DNA of 64,000 nt, from the NCBI RefSeq assembly GCF_009914755.1, contig NC_060931.1. The stretch is one strand, 5' to 3'. The notes under the pieces were generated by a model. That model had not been told where the DNA came from. It ran no database searches and saw only the letters and a program-made list of their open reading frames with translations. This DNA comes from the human T2T-CHM13v2.0 reference genome, Homo sapiens. This document shows, piece after piece, positions 1-25,407 of the stretch. How positions within the stretch are numbered: the stretch's first letter is position 1; the number at the start of each line of letters is the position of its first letter. The position numbers and the translations under genes are program-made.

Positions 1-2640
<2,640 letters not shown>

Positions 2641-2671
2641 TTTAAGAATGTTTGCCACATAATACATAACA

Positions 2672-2995
2672 CAGTCAGCCCTCCACATCCATGGGTTCCA
2701 GTTGCTGCAGATTCAAACAACAGCAGATAGAAAATATTTGAAATAATAATAATACAACAGTTTAAAAAGTACAAATGAAAAAACAATACAGTATACAACT
2801 ATTTGCATAGTATTTATATTGCATTAGACGTTATAAGTAATCTAGAGATGATTTAAAGTATATAGGAAGAGTGCATAGATTATATGCAAATAACACACCA
2901 TTTTATATAAGAAACTTGAACATCTGCAGATTTTAGTATCCACAGGGGTTGGGGGTGTCCTGGAATCAATCCCTGCAGACACGAAGGGGACATTG
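2672..2995 (-). mobile_element. MER2 (TcMar-Tigger MITE)
   Basis: TIR-like ends cagtcagccctcc...gaaggggacattg; core ataagtaatctagagatgatttaaagtat. Confidence 0.8.
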
Positions 2996-4110
2996 TACTC
3001 ATCAGTATTAGCCAGCTCTAAGTCAGCACACAAAACATTTGCTTTATGCAGTTTTATCTGTACTATATTTCAAAATAAAAAAGTTTTCATTAAAAGAGGT
3101 AGATGAGCACACTATTAGGAGTCCTCTACTCTGTAATGGTGAAATAGTTTGACAAAATGTTGGAAAGAAAGAGCATTTTTTCTGGGAGAGAAAGAGGAGG
3201 GATTACTATGAGGGAAAAAGGATATGGAAAGCAAAAATGTTAAAACATAAGGGCAATCCCAAAAGATTAAATCACTGCACCATACATGGAAAAGTGCTAT
3301 ATTTTGGCATTACCGTAGTTGGTATCATTTCTGATCAGTGTGGAGATGGGAGGTACAGGACAATATTCTAGGTTCTGGCTTATAGATATCAGAAGTATAA
3401 CTACAATGTAATAGAACTGATTTACTAAACCACCCTTCCAAACACATATCCAAAAGAGTGTCATTCCATGTAGTTCCCATGAAGAGACTGCACATTTATT
3501 CTAATTATCTTGCCATCGCTCAAAGTAGTTTGGAACTACACTTTCTAAACTGCCTTCAGAAATAATTTAGTTATAGGTGCAAAATAATCGGTCTTATGAC
3601 TTTACTGTCACACCATCGTTTCAGCAAGATCTGTATTACCCAGCCCAATCACACAAAATATTCAGAAAATTTTGGTCATTTCCAAAGATCAAACCCACTC
3701 TTGAAAGGCAAGACATACTAAAGAATGTGCCATAGTCTGTGAAGGAAACTCAGAGAAGTTCCAAAAATGTTCTGGGCAATGGCAGTGTCACTGCAATGAG
3801 TACTTAACATCCTCAAGTGACTTAGGAGAAAAGAAGTCATTTTTGTCATAAAATGGGATATGATTAAAGTAAGTCTTATTACTTTATGATCATTTTTAAA
3901 TATTTACTTGGGCACTGTCTTAAAAAGAAAAACTTCCTACTATAATATTTTTCAAGGATAAGATAGATAAAAAGCTTTGCTTGGGAAGAATTTTGTCATG
4001 TTGAGTGATAATCAGGAAAGGGCCTATTTATTCTCTTATACCTGTTTTAGACAGGAAAACATGCTATTTGGCAGGTTAAAAAAACCCAACTTTATGAACT
4101 AAACACTTAC

Positions 4111-4197
4111 CCACGTCATTAACAAAGATGAAGAATAAGAAGAAGATAAGTACATTGAATTTCCAAACATCAAAATGAAACTAAGGGTAACTGAAAT
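4111..4197 (-). pseudogene. DPY19L2P1: Exon 11 (ISVTLSFILMFGNSMYLSSSYSSSLLMTW)
   Basis: ttcag|...|gtaagt; 87 nt. Confidence 0.92.
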
Positions 4198-4959
4198 CTG
4201 AAAAAAAAGAAAAAAATACATTTTATGGTTATTACATATATTGGCATAATGCATATTTTGTAGGTATATAGCCATTTCTAATGCAAATTTATTTGCATAA
4301 AGATGAACGACTCTTGGCCAAATGATAATAGAATTTCAAGTCACTGCTAGATTCTAAGTATTAAAATTCAAGACCATAAACTCTATCTGGCAGAATTTAA
4401 CTTTTTCTCCATCTGCTACTTGGAACAATGAAAAATAAGTCTATGATTTCTATTGTTTTAACAATGGAGTAATATAATAAGAAAGACTTAGTTATAAATA
4501 CCAGTTTTACTAATCATATTTTTGTTAGACTTCAGGACTTCTATTATTTATGAAGCTTTACTAACTTTTTATGTTTTTAAGGAAGCTATGTTTGGGACCT
4601 AAGCCCAAAACAAAATTGCAAGAATATAAAATTTCAGTTAGAGTGTCATATTCAGGCAAAATGCTAAAAATCTCATGTCTGAGAAAGAAAAGGCAGTTTT
4701 AAAAGTAGTAATAATAATAAGTAAAACATAAAAATAAAAGTTCTAGAGAATAAAACACATCTACAGTCCAGTTGAAAGTATAATCTGTTATAATATGTCA
4801 TCTATAATATACATTTCCAGTTTTCCTTCGGGATATCACCAATACCATATGTATTAAATATTACCAAAGAGGAGGTACCCTATAAAACAGAATCACTTCG
4901 ATTTTATAAACTCTGAGAACCTATCTTAATATTTGACTTATATATATTAAAAATGTTAC

Positions 4960-5037
4960 CATGTTCATATAAATGATCTTCTGAAATTTGCTTGGTTCAA
5001 TGTATCCCACAACATACATGGGAAATAATGATGCTAT
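4960..5037 (-). pseudogene. DPY19L2P1: Exon 10 (IASLFPMYVVGYIEPSKFQKIIYMNM)
   Basis: ttcag|...|gtaaca; 78 nt; in ORF track 4921..5106. Confidence 0.92.
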
Positions 5038-5707
5038 CTGAAATAATATAAAAAAGCAAAAGTGAAAAAAAGTATAGAAAACTAACACTTTACTATTCAC
5101 AGGCAAAGTAAATATAAGAGGAGGGCTACAGTTCTAATAATGGTAAGCAAAGGAATTTGAACCAACCTTCCCACTAAGAACTAGAATGGCTAGGAAAAAT
5201 ATAAATATATAAATAAAAATATTTTAAAAATATGTATAAAAGCCACAGACTATTAACAAAGCAAATGAGGAATTAAAAAGATAGATGGCAATCTATACCG
5301 ATGAGCATGACATTTTGGGCCACTTTTCTCCCAGAGGTATCTGCCAATTTCAACAGAGGCAGATGCCTGCCAGCTGAGAGGCAGTTGGGAGACCAACAAG
5401 CTGAGCAGGCATTTCAGCAGATTCAGCAGTCAGAGTGCACCAAGAAGGGTGCTTTAGTTTGGAGTTTCAAAAGTCCATACTATAATAGTGAACCAGAAAT
5501 CAAGCAGCCCTCAGAAAGACTGAAACCCATCTATGGATCATCTCAATCTGATTGCATAAAAGTGGTTCAAGATTTATTAGTGCTTTTTACTCGCCTCTCC
5601 AATTTTTCATGTATAATGTCCAGCACCACATCAAAAATAACCCAGCATAGATGGAGATAAGACACTATCACTAACACAATAGAAATAGATCCACAAAAGA
5701 TTTAGAT

Positions 5708-5860
5708 CAGGGATCAGCACACTTGTTATATAAAAGGCCAGATAATAAATATGTTATGCTTTGTTGGTCACATACAGTCTCTTGTATGTATATTCTTTTT
5801 CTACTTTTGTTCTATAACCCTTTAAATATATAAAAACTATTCTTAGCTTGGAGATCACTC
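5708..5860 (+). mobile_element. MER58-like hAT MITE fragment
   Basis: cagggatcagc...taaaaggccagataataaatat. Confidence 0.6.
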
Positions 5861-5961
5861 AAACACTTCTCTGGCATAATCAGATATATCTTTAAACTAT
5901 GCTTCAAATGTTCAAGGAAGTAACTGATAGGATTGAAAATTCCAGGAGAGCACAGAAGTCA

Positions 5962-6127
<166 letters not shown>

Positions 6128-6345
6128 AATGAACTAATTTTAACCTTAATCTATGAAAAACACAATTAAGAATAAAATCTTAAAGTACTCCCAGAAAATA
6201 ACATTGAATTATCCCTCTGTAAGCATGAAACACACACATACAAACAAAACTATATACACTAGTAAAGAAAAATAAAAGACTAGTATATATCCAGAGAATG
6301 ACTAGAAAATCATTAACAGCAATATCAAACTTACCCAATAACTTC

Positions 6346-6647
<302 letters not shown>

Positions 6648-7544
6648 TAGTTTCATCAGTATCACTGGATTAATAAATTTGCTTGCAATGAAATGATGCT
6701 CATTAAAAATCTATTCTACTCTGTTGGCATGTGCAAATAATGAAAACCATAGAATAATGTCTGTGTTATAACCTGAAAGGGGCCAACTATTATGAAGTAA
6801 AACAGAGGGAATACTTTAAACATGAAGCACCAATTGAGCTGGGGTTATAATTTCATTCTTTGTAGGCTATTGGCAGCATGAGACTTCTTGGCAGAATTTC
6901 TCACTTCCAATATAGAATATTATTATTATCATCAGCATTTGTTATGTAGGAAGGAGCTCTGATGGAAAATCTTAGTATCATGAAATGTCATCAAAATTCT
7001 CCATTTACTCTCTGCTTCCCCAGTTCAGTTTTTTGTTACTAGTTATGTAGTTGCTTTAGAAACAGGATATGGGCTCAGCTCACTTAAGCAATGATGAGCT
7101 TTATGATTAAAGCTCGCAGAAATGGTTCCAGGTAAAATTCTGCTCTACAGACAAAACAGCCAACATTTAGCTGAATTAGAAGCAGAACGTCCTGCTGTGA
7201 AGAGTAGGATTGGCCCTTAGCATGCTGCGTAGCTTGGCACCCAGAATGATTCTCAGGACAAAAGGAAAATCTATAGGTAGATATATACAGATATTATCTC
7301 AAACACCAAAAATAACATTTGTGAATAAAAATAATAGAAAAAGTCTTTCACATGTCGAGCCTTAAAATCTGTCAAACTAACCAATACAGTAAAAGAATGT
7401 GGAATTATATTATTTCATAAAAATCATACCTTTAAGTAAACTTTATTCCCTATTTTGAAAATCTTTTAGGGCGTAAATGTAACCATATTTAAAAATTTCT
7501 ATGGAAACAACCAAGTACATCTTGCATTCAACTTAATTAATATA

Positions 7545-8059
7545 CACAAACGAATATAAATCATTCTATTACAAAGACACGTGCACCCATGTCTTCACTG
7601 CAGCACTATTCACAATAGCAAAGACATGGAATTAACCCAAATGCCCATCAGTGATAGACTGGATAAAGAAAATGTGGTACATATATACCATGGAATACTA
7701 TGCAGCCATAAAAAGGAACAAGATCAGGTCCTTTGCAGGGACATGAATGGAGCTGGAGGCCATTATCCTCAGCAACAGGAGCAGAAAACCAAACACCACA
7801 TGTTCTCACTTATAAGTGGGAGCTGAACAATGAGAATACATGGACACAGGGAGAGGAACAACACACACTGGGGCCTGTCAAGGGATGGGGTGGGGAAAAC
7901 ATTAGGAAAACCAGCTAATGCATGCTGGGCTTAATACCTAGGTGATGGGTTGATAGATGCAAAAACCACCATGGCATACATTTACCTATGTAACAAACCT
8001 GTACATCCCGCACATGTACCCCAGAACTTAAAATAAAAATAAAAATTAATTTAAAAAAA
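7545..8059 (+). mobile_element. L1PA 3' fragment
   Basis: ORF2 C-terminus (KHHMFSLISGS), 3'UTR and A-tail. Confidence 0.88.
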
Positions 8060-8068
8060 TCATCTTAC

Positions 8069-8168
8069 CTGTGTAAAAAGTATAAACTGAGCAAATTGCC
8101 AGGGAAGCATAAAAGCAACATTGGAAAGACAGAGTGCAATGAAGGGCCTTCTATCATTGCTTGAGGTC
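8069..8168 (-). pseudogene. DPY19L2P1: Exon 9 (TSSNDRRPFIALCLSNVAFMLPWQFAQFILFTQ)
   Basis: taag|...|gtaaga; 100 nt. Confidence 0.92.
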
Positions 8169-9473
8169 CTTAATAGAGAGAATTGATACCAGTAAGTTTC
8201 ACCCTAAAAATGGGCTGTCACTGAAAAGAAAGACTAATTGCAAAATGATAAAATCTACATTATTCCATTACCTTTACTATAATACAACAAAATATAGTTA
8301 ACTTTTTAAAGTATACTAAAAAGAACTTGAAATACTTCATTCCTTGCATGAAACAATCAAAATTAGAGTTTTAAAATTAACATTGTAACTTACCATTAAA
8401 TATTTTAAATACAAAAGCTCTTTTTCCTCTACATATGCATGACATTAGAAATTTATTACTCCAGCAAGGAGGTCAGAAAATAGGATGCGGCGCTACCCCT
8501 GCACACCTCAACATGCTTCTCCTGTATGTGTAGCAACAACTTTTGTATACCACCACTTTTGTGCTTCAAAAAACATTGAAGAGAAATATAAGTGCTGACA
8601 AAGTAATAAGTTAAAAACTATGGGAAAAATTTAAGGAAAAGGAATCTTAAAAAATTAAAAAATCATTCTAGAATTCAGCTGAAGCATGTGGAAGTTTAAA
8701 TTGTCCATTCTGCATTACTGAGATGTATTGGGAACCAATACCTTTTACCACAGAGAATTACAGTAACTTTTAGATATGAAAAAAGAAACACAAACATTTT
8801 ACATAAATAATAAAACTGTAACTCTTCCTTTTATAAATTCTGTATTGGATTTTGATGAATCTTTGTACAATCATATATAAATTTTCAAAAACAAAATTCT
8901 AAATGTTCATATTGTTTACAATATTATCATAAAATACTCATTATGTACTTTGTAATCTTATATTTTTCAGACAAAAATTACTTTTGACTAAGACACAGAG
9001 TATAGCACATGCCCTCAATGATACAACCCTAAATGTTCTCATTAAGACATTTTATTCCATGAAACCCCTGACTGACCAGACTGATATCACTTCAAAAAAA
9101 TAAAAATAACCCACCTTCGTAGGAATTAAACTGGGAATGAATAGCAAGGGGTGATGAAGAATGGGCAGCTTCCATCACCTAATCTTTGAGAGAAGGCAAA
9201 GTGCCGAGCAAAGCTATAGAAATCTGAATGAGGAGAGGTTCCTAAATCCAAATTCAACCCCAGAATATACTTGTCAGGTTGGTAAGAAATCAGAAGTTAG
9301 CCTGCTCCATTCTCAAGGTTTGTGCCACCCCAGTACACTACTATTTACCACTCTTCAATTAGCTTTATCTGAATGCCACAAATATTTGCATGGACGTGTG
9401 CAGTGTTCTGTGGTTAAAGAGATAAATATGGCATGGTCCCTGTTTCCAGTAGTACTTTTAAATACATATAATT

Positions 9474-9799
<326 letters not shown>

Positions 9800-10531
9800 T
9801 TACTGTTTTAAAAAACAAGGAAGACAAACAAATGATTTTTATATAAGGCAGAATCTGCCAGGGACTAGTAGGTGAAGAATGGGGTCCTCTGGGAGTTTGG
9901 AGGAGATAGTGATCATTATTTCATTCAGTGAGAGTTCTCATTAGTATTCTATCAAACTTATTTCTCTGATAAGGTTATTTATACTATTCTACCACTTATG
10001 GGGTTTTTTGTTCATTTCTCAGACCTCTTAAATATCTAAAGTGCTTATAAATGTAATCCCTACAAAAAAAGTGTATCCAAAAAAAAAGTTTGAAATGAAA
10101 CTGGTTGTCCTGTTAGAAACATTGGTTGTTCAGAAATGCTTCATAAATATGTGAACATATGTACTCCTTATCCATCTAACTCTGCATTTCCCAAATTCAT
10201 TTGCCCAGAGAACATTTTTTTCATGGCACAGTTATCAAAACCACAGGTTAGAAAACAATGTCAGAGTACTTAGACTGTGAAGAGAAAATGTAATTGTTTC
10301 TCAAAAACTTTTGAATCTTGGCAAACTATATACAAACACATACCTTTTGGTTTATTAAAACATAATGTAGTTATCTAAAACCTGTAGCCTACACTCTTAA
10401 ATGGAGAGCAATTTTTACATAGCAATTTTGAATTATTTTCTTAACTCTATACTCAATTTACTTTTAAAATAACTAAAAAGTGGTCTAAATTTGGTAATTA
10501 CAACTTCATAGATTGAAGTATATATATGTAA

Positions 10532-10960
<429 letters not shown>

Positions 10961-11943
10961 CTGCAATCAACAAAATGCCCACTTTACATCCTGTTTACTA
11001 CAACAAACATATTAAAAAACCAGGGGTGAGTTTGTTTTAGTAATTTTAATACTAGGCTCACTAGATCCCATTTCTGAGTGTCTGGCATAGCTTCTCAGTT
11101 TTTGAAGCTCTCTTAACTCATGAGGCCATTATGTAGAGAGCAATTAACTACCATGTCCAGAAACCAGCAACAGATATATCAGACCGAGCAAAAGGAAACC
11201 CAAGGGACAAATAAGATTGTACGTATAAGAGTTGTGAGAATTCTGGGACTGACCAACTAGATCCACAGCCCAGCCCCGCAGTATGATCCTGGCATATGAT
11301 TCTTGGCATCCCAGGCTTTGGGATATATGCATGCCAAGACAAATAGCTAAACAAATGTCACCTAGGTCATTTGCAAGCACTGAGAGAGTTTCTACATAAC
11401 AAGTATGAATGAATATAAATACACACTTCGAATAGCTATGATTGCCTCAGAATTTGTAAAATGTACCTTAAAAAAGGTTAAGTATATATTTTAAAAACAA
11501 CTAGAAGTATTTGGGAACTACAAATGTGATGCATGTAATGAAAGTATTAAATTTTCATACAAACTTTAAAATTACTTCTAAGACATATGGGTCAGAGTAT
11601 TGGAAAAATTTTCCATCAAAAATTCTGAAATTCTAGAAAGAATGTGAACTCTTATTATTTTGCAAGAGTCTTAAAAGTTATTGCTTCTCTTCCAAGATAC
11701 CAAAATTGTAAATGTTGGAAGAGGAATTATGATACATATAAGAAAGTCAACTTATACCAACAGTTGTCTGGAACACTCAGAGAAAAACCTTTGTCTTTAT
11801 GACAGCACATTGTTGAGTGACAATGCATTTGTTTGCTTTAAAATAATATATATAAGGCTTTTATGTATAATTTTTATGATTCCTTTACCTAACTGATTTT
11901 TAAAAATTAACCCAAAAGCAATGGATAAAAGTACTTCTACCCT

Positions 11944-12263
<320 letters not shown>

Positions 12264-13294
12264 TTATAACATATTAAATGTTTTGCTCCCAAGAGCTAGT
12301 AGTCAGAATCTCTCTCTTTTTCATTGCCATATCCTCAGCATCTAGCAGAGCATGGACATGCTATGTACTCAATAATTTGTTGAATGAATCCATTGTATTT
12401 GAAATAAGCTTCTATGAGCTCTTTTTTAGGTGGACTATGTTTCATTGGGCTGAATTAGTAAGTTAATGTCTATTTTGAATTCAGCATTTTGCATTACTGA
12501 ACAGACAGCATGATGTAACAGAAAGCAGTGAGGGAGCAGGTGGCAGTGTCTTAACTGTATCCCTGCTGTCAGGCCTGAGGCCTCTTTCATTGTTGTTAAG
12601 GGGAGTGCAATGTATACAAAGTTTCAGTTAGGCAAGATGAATAAGTTCTGGAGATCTGCTATACAACTTTGTGTTAATACTATATTGTACACTTAAAAAT
12701 CTGTTAAGAGGGCAGATCATATGTTACTTATTCTGACCACAATAAAAAAGTTGAATATATATGTTATATATATAATATATAAGTTTTTATAAAATATAAC
12801 TATAATTTTATAATTTATAAAATATAAATTAATATATATGTGAGGTTTTAGAGGCAGACAGACATAGAATGGGAAATCCAGTTTCATCATGTAGTAAATG
12901 TGGAATGTGGATAAGTAACTTAACTTTCTCTAAATTCAAATTTCATAACTTGTATGGTGAGGCTACCACCACCCACAAAAAAAGTTTAGTGGGAATAAAT
13001 CAGATAATGTGCATAATATGATTCAACTCAACAAGTACAATATTTCCTTTTCTCTACAGAATATATGTATATGTACATATTTACTAAAATTAAGGCAAGA
13101 GATTTCATGTTTGAAATTCTAGCTATTTAAACATTTCAATCAACATGATTAAAATATCAACTTACAACACGAGGGTCTTTAAAATATTGTGAAGTCATAA
13201 GTAGTATACAATTAAATATTGTTTTGATGAGTATATTTCCTTGTTCCTCTACAGCCTCTTCTATTTCTTAAAAATTGCTTTCTAGAAAACAAAC

Positions 13295-13352
13295 CTCTCC
13301 ATGGTTGAAAAAGAAGCACAGTACTGTAATAAGACCTCCCAGTTGAGTCCCA
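13295..13352 (-). pseudogene. DPY19L2P1: Exon 7 (GTQLGGLITVLCFFFNHGE)
   Basis: aacag|T GGG...GAG|gtttgt; 58 nt; phase-2 start. Confidence 0.92.
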
Positions 13353-13609
13353 CTGTTAAAAAAAAAAAAATAGAGTATACAATCAAAATTCATGTAAAAT
13401 ACAGTGAATTTTTCACAAAATTAACTCAGAATTTAAAATCACAGTTTTCTATATTTAAAACATAATAGTACTAAACCATACCCATGTGGTTGAAGTTTAA
13501 ATTCTGAATGTACAATTCTAAAAAGTGTATGTATAAATTAATCTCAATTGTATAATTTATTATAGCTAAAATACTTTCTAAATAAAATACATAAGGTGTG
13601 AACATAATC

Positions 13610-13897
13610 TTTTTTTTGAGACGGGGTCTTGCTCTGTTGCCCAGGCTGGAATGCAGTGGCGAAATCTCGGCTCACAGCAACCTCCGCCTCCTGGGTTCCA
13701 ACGATTCTCCTGCCTCAGGCTCCTGAGTAGCTCGGATTATAGGCGCATGCTGCCACGCCCGGCTAATTTTTTTACTTTTAGCCGAGACAGGGTTTCACCG
13801 TGTTGGCTAAGCTAGTCTCGAACTCTTGACCTCGTGATCCACCCGCCTCGGCCTCCCAAAGTGCTGAGATTACAATTGTGAGCCAACGCGCCCGGCC
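13610..13897 (-). mobile_element. AluS
   Basis: Antisense Alu. Confidence 0.95.
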
Positions 13898-14142
13898 ACA
13901 TAAAATCATTTTTAAGAAGCAGGCTAGCACTTTAGAGTCTAGATCACATCCTTTGAATACTCTGAATAAAAGCAAATTTTATCTTTTGAAATTGGATTTA
14001 AGGGACTGAGAGATGAAGACAAGATTCTAACAGTTTCACGTAGCATTAACTTAGAACTGTCTAAACTACTGCAAATATTCTTTACTTGAGTCCCAGAGAA
14101 GCAATAACGCAGAATACAAAATTCAGATGAAAGATAAAAACC

Positions 14143-14459
14143 TTTGTTGTTGTTGTTGTTGTTTTGTTTTGTTTTGAGACAGACTCTCGCTCTGTCACCC
14201 AGGCTGGAGTGCAGTGGCGCGATCTCGGCTCACTGCAACCTCTGCCTCCCTGGTTCAAGCCGATTCTTCTGCCTCAGCCTCCCGAGTAGCTGGGATTACA
14301 GGCACATGCCACCACACCTGGCTGATTTTTGTATTTTTTAGTAGAGACGGTGTTTCGCCATGTTGGCCAGGCTGGTCTCAAACTCCTGACTTCAAGTGAT
14401 CCGGCCACCTCAGCCTCCCAAAGTGCTGGGATTACAGGCATGAGCCACCGCACCTGGCC
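14143..14459 (-). mobile_element. AluS with (TTG)n tail
   Basis: Antisense Alu. Confidence 0.95.
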
Positions 14460-14894
14460 AAAAACCATTTCTTAAATTGCCTTTTTGTGATCATGTCTGT
14501 GTATGAGAATGCAGATGCTCAATCCCACATCTGTGTAGTGTTTCTATGCTTCCATTTATCTTCCCTCCATACACCACTTCCCTAGTCTAACACATTCTAA
14601 GCACCATGAGGACAGGGACAGGTTCTTTATCTGTCTTGTTCATTACTATATCCCCAGCTTCACACTTGGAAGATTAATAAATATTGGTTGAATTAATGAA
14701 GAAAGAAAGGAAGGAAACAGCAGAGGAAAGCTCATGGGAAATGATTTACCATTTAATAAAGTTTCACAGAGAAAATACAAAGGATGAACTTCAAAGAGGA
14801 AGAAATTGAAAGAAAGAATGGGTGAGCAGCAAGGACCAGTTGTACATTGAGGAACTGGGGAAATGTGGATAAATCAAAGTAAGATGAGTTGGTT

Positions 14895-21031
<6,137 letters not shown>

Positions 21032-21480
21032 GATACAAGAGGATGTTTTGAAGAAAAGCATTCCAAGATTCCTTGTTTGATTGGAAGAAGGGGAAAGATA
21101 TCAATGTATTTTATACTTGAACAAATCATATCTGTATGTTAAAATTTTATGGTTAGCCACCAAAAGAATAGAAGTAGCATATCTACCTTCCCAGTTAGTG
21201 TCAGTGGGGAGGGTAGCCATGGTAACAAATACAAAAGTTTTCCCCAAATTTCTATTTATTTTGCTCCTCGAATGCCAGTTTCCAATCTCCTCACAGTTTT
21301 GATGACACCTCTTCAGTCAATATTCGTTGACTCTGTATATCCTTATTAAAGCCTAGATAGAGCCTAATATTGTATTTTATATTCCAGGACTATATAACCA
21401 ATTTAGAGAGACTAGCACCTCTTCGGTAGCCCTCCTAATGAAATATACTGATTTTTAAAGTTTTAGTCATTGTTGTGTAA

Positions 21481-21874
<394 letters not shown>

Positions 21875-21979
21875 CAAAAACAGAACTTTTTTTAAAAAAA
21901 GAACATTTTTAAAGCTGCCCACACAATCTCAAAGCAATCCTTTTCCCTCAAAATACTTTAATGAGCTTATATTTTTTCT

Positions 21980-23960
21980 ATATGGCATATAGAAAAGTGC
22001 ATAACATTTCTAGCTTATAGAACTATTGTAAAAGGAACGTCCATGTAGTCACCATATAATTAACTGAAATAGAGAAATTATTATACTGAGTCTCCACTTG
22101 CCAGCCTCCAAGATAAGAATCAGCTACTGACCTGATTTTTGAGATCATCAACATAACCATTTCTATATACATATCAAACTATGATTTACTTTAATCTGTT
22201 TTTAAACAACATACAAATGGAAGTATGGAGTATTTTTTTTAATTTCGTACCTGGATTCATTCATTCAAAATTATATTTGTAAGATTCCACCATGTTGTGT
22301 GTAGCTGCATAGTTCATTCATTCTCATTATTGTATACTGTTCCACCATGTTAATAAACCAAAATGTATTCATTTCTCTGTTAATGGATATTTGGGTTGTT
22401 TCCAGTTTGAAGCTATTGCAAATAATGCTACTATATTATTGCATGTACTTCCCAGTACACATGTGCAACACTTTTTTGGGAATATATACTTTAAATTAGA
22501 ATTACTGAGTTACAAGGTATCTATATCTTGAACGTTATCAGATAATGTACACTGTTTACCAAAATAGTTGTACCAATTTATATGTCCACCTGTGGTGGAT
22601 GAAAGCTCCTTTATCAATCTATTAGATGTGAGCTGGTATTTCACTGTGGTTGAATTTGTATTTTCTTTATGACTAATGATGGTGGTCAACTTTACATATG
22701 TTTATTGACCATTTGGTATTCTTCTGGGAAATATCAGTTCATAAACAATTTGTCCATTTTTCTATCAGGTTGTCTTTCTTCCTTATCTTCCCACTCTAAT
22801 ATAAACTTCACAAGGACAGAGATTTCTGTCCTGTATTCCAAGCACCTAGAACAGTGCTCCTGGTCACAACAGTCTTTCAATAAATATTTATCAAATTAAT
22901 GAATGAAATTTCTGGATAGTAGGTGGGGTATACACTTTGTAAATATCTTCACTCACTTTGCAGTTTATTTTTTATCCTACAGTTCTTTTGAGGAACTGAA
23001 GTTCCTTTCATCAAATTTATCAGTTTTTCTTCATGACTGGATTTTTCTATCTTGTTTATGAAATCATTTCTTATTCTAAGTGACTTTTTCTATATTATAT
23101 GCTGAACACTTTATAAATTTGTCTTTCATATTTGAGTGTTTAATCCAACTTGGATTTATTACTTATATAGTTCCAATTTCTCCTTGTTCCATATGATCTC
23201 CCAATTATTTCAGCACTATTTATTAAAATGCCTGTCCTTACTCACCAATCTGCGATACCCACTCTTCCATATATCAAATGCCTTTAAATGTACATTTCTG
23301 CTTCTGGGCTCTACTCTATTGCAGTTATCTATTTGTCTATTGCTATGCCAATATCATAGTGTCTTTTTACATTAGCTTTATAATACAGCAACAATTGATA
23401 GTGCAAATCCTCCTTTTTCAAGAATACCTTGACTGTATTTCTCCCTTTGCATTTCTGAATAACTTTTAAATCAGCTCATCAAAGTCAACAAAAAATATGT
23501 TGGAATTTTGACTTGTAGAGCACTGAATCTATAAAGCTTTTTAATATCGAGTCTTCAATCAATGAATGTGGAATATCTCTCCACTTAGATTTTCCTAGAC
23601 ATATCTCAGGAATGTTTTAATCATTTTCCCATAGCTGTCATATGTATCTTTTGTTGGGTTTATTCTGAGGAATATCGTGCTTTTAATGCTATTCTAAATA
23701 GCATCCTTTCAAAATTTCATTTTCTATTTGATGCTAAAGTATAAAATTTATAATTTTGAATTTTAATATTAATGCTTACATCTAGTAACATTGTAAATTT
23801 TCTTATTATTGCAAATACTGTATCCATAAACTTTTAACATTTTTCTAGATACATGATGTAATCTACTTTTAAGAACACATTTCTTTTTTTTCAAGTTTTC
23901 CAATCCTTATACTTATTACTACTTTTCTTTTTATGTACCATGCTGGATAGTATCCCTGGC
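21980..23960 (-). mobile_element. Ancient L1M(E) fragments
   Basis: Degenerate antisense L1 ORF2/3' sequence. Confidence 0.65.
23285..23548 (+). repeat. Arm 1 of 264-bp inverted duplication
   Basis: Reverse complement of 28237-28500, 7 mismatches by hand. Confidence 0.95.
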
Positions 23961-25072
23961 ACAATACTGACTATGTCACTAGTTTTCATTGATTCTATGC
24001 TAGTCTTTTTTTATGCTGAAAACTTCCTAAAACAAAGAGTGTGTATATTTACTAATCTCTATATTGACATAAGCCCCATGAAAACTCAATAAATATTTGT
24101 TGAAAGAGTAAAGCTATCAATTAATTTTAATTTTAATTTTAAATATTTTGCACGATAAGAATAACATTGTAAAGAAATCTGATGATTCAGCTAGGAATAT
24201 GCTCCACTGAAAGAAACAGAAAACCTAACAAAAGTGGCTTACACAATATGGATGTTGTTTACTGTATCATCCAACAAGAAAATGAAAGATAAGTATCTGT
24301 TGGCATTGGTTCAGCAGCAGAAGGATGGTAGGCCAGATATATCTGCTATTTTTATGACCTTTCCCTTATGGTCACAAGATGACTGCTACAGTTCTGGGCA
24401 TGACATCCTAGTGCAATAAAAGCAGGAAGAAACAGAGAAGGGGCAGCTAAGTCTGTCCTTTTGTGAGAAAGGCAGATACTTTATTAGATGTAACCAAAAC
24501 TGACTTCAACTTAGTTTTCATTGGCAAAAACTAGCTGATATGGCTATCTCAGGGAGCAATTAAGTGTGGGGGCAAAACACATGACCATTGAGATTAATTT
24601 CAACTTATCACCTGAGACCGGTCTCACTGCTGCTTCATCGTGGTACTCTTATCAAGATAGACATGCTAGCAGATGTAAGTGCCTGCCACATGTGATTCAC
24701 AGTTTTTCCTACTGCTTTCTTAATTTCATCCTTAGAGAATACAATTAGAAATAAGCTGCTACTACTGCTAACCAAAGATCTCCTCCAATGTTTTATTAAT
24801 TTTACACATGAACTAGGAGATATTCCATTAAAGACTTTGTTAGGAAATCTGTTTAAACAACAGAATAAAAGGGACGACTTTGAGATAGAATTTTAGTGAC
24901 ATCTCCAGTTTCTGGTTACATGATATTGGTTAAGCTTCTGAAAAATCAAGTAAATCCACAAACTTTCCTGATATGAATCAATCTCATTAATTTTCCTTTT
25001 CATTTAATCAACGAATATCAGCCAGTCTGTAAAAGCCCACTGAAAGGTCCCTTAATTCAGTAGTAGTCTTAC

Positions 25073-25166
25073 CTCAGGTATGCTCCATACATGAAGAACA
25101 ATCCCATCATTAGTCCATTTAAAATAAAGATTACACCAACATAAAAGCAAGCAGGATCTCCCAATC
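25073..25166 (-). pseudogene. DPY19L2P1: Exon 6; carries premature TAA (25131-25133) in the shifted frame
   Basis: Ancestral frame LGDPACFYVGVIFILNGLMMGLFFMYGAYL; shifted frame DWEILLAFMLV*; aag|...|gtaaga; 94 nt. Confidence 0.92.
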
Positions 25167-25326
25167 CTTTGAAAAGATACAGATAATCAGTGTTTAATGA
25201 ATATATGACTCTAAAGCAATTGGGCATAATTATCTCAGTGCTTTGCAATCAAGAGCTCATGAATTTGCTGAAAGCATTTGCTTTCCAGATTGCCACTGTG
25301 TTTAATTCTTTACCCTTATAACAGTT

Positions 25327-25407
25327 TGTGTGTGTGTGTGCTTGCAGACACATATATATGTGTGTGTGTATATATATGTGTGTGTATATATACACATACA
25401 CATATGT
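25327..25407. repeat. Compound (TG)/(TA)/(CA) microsatellite
   Basis: Alternating purine-pyrimidine run. Confidence 0.85.
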
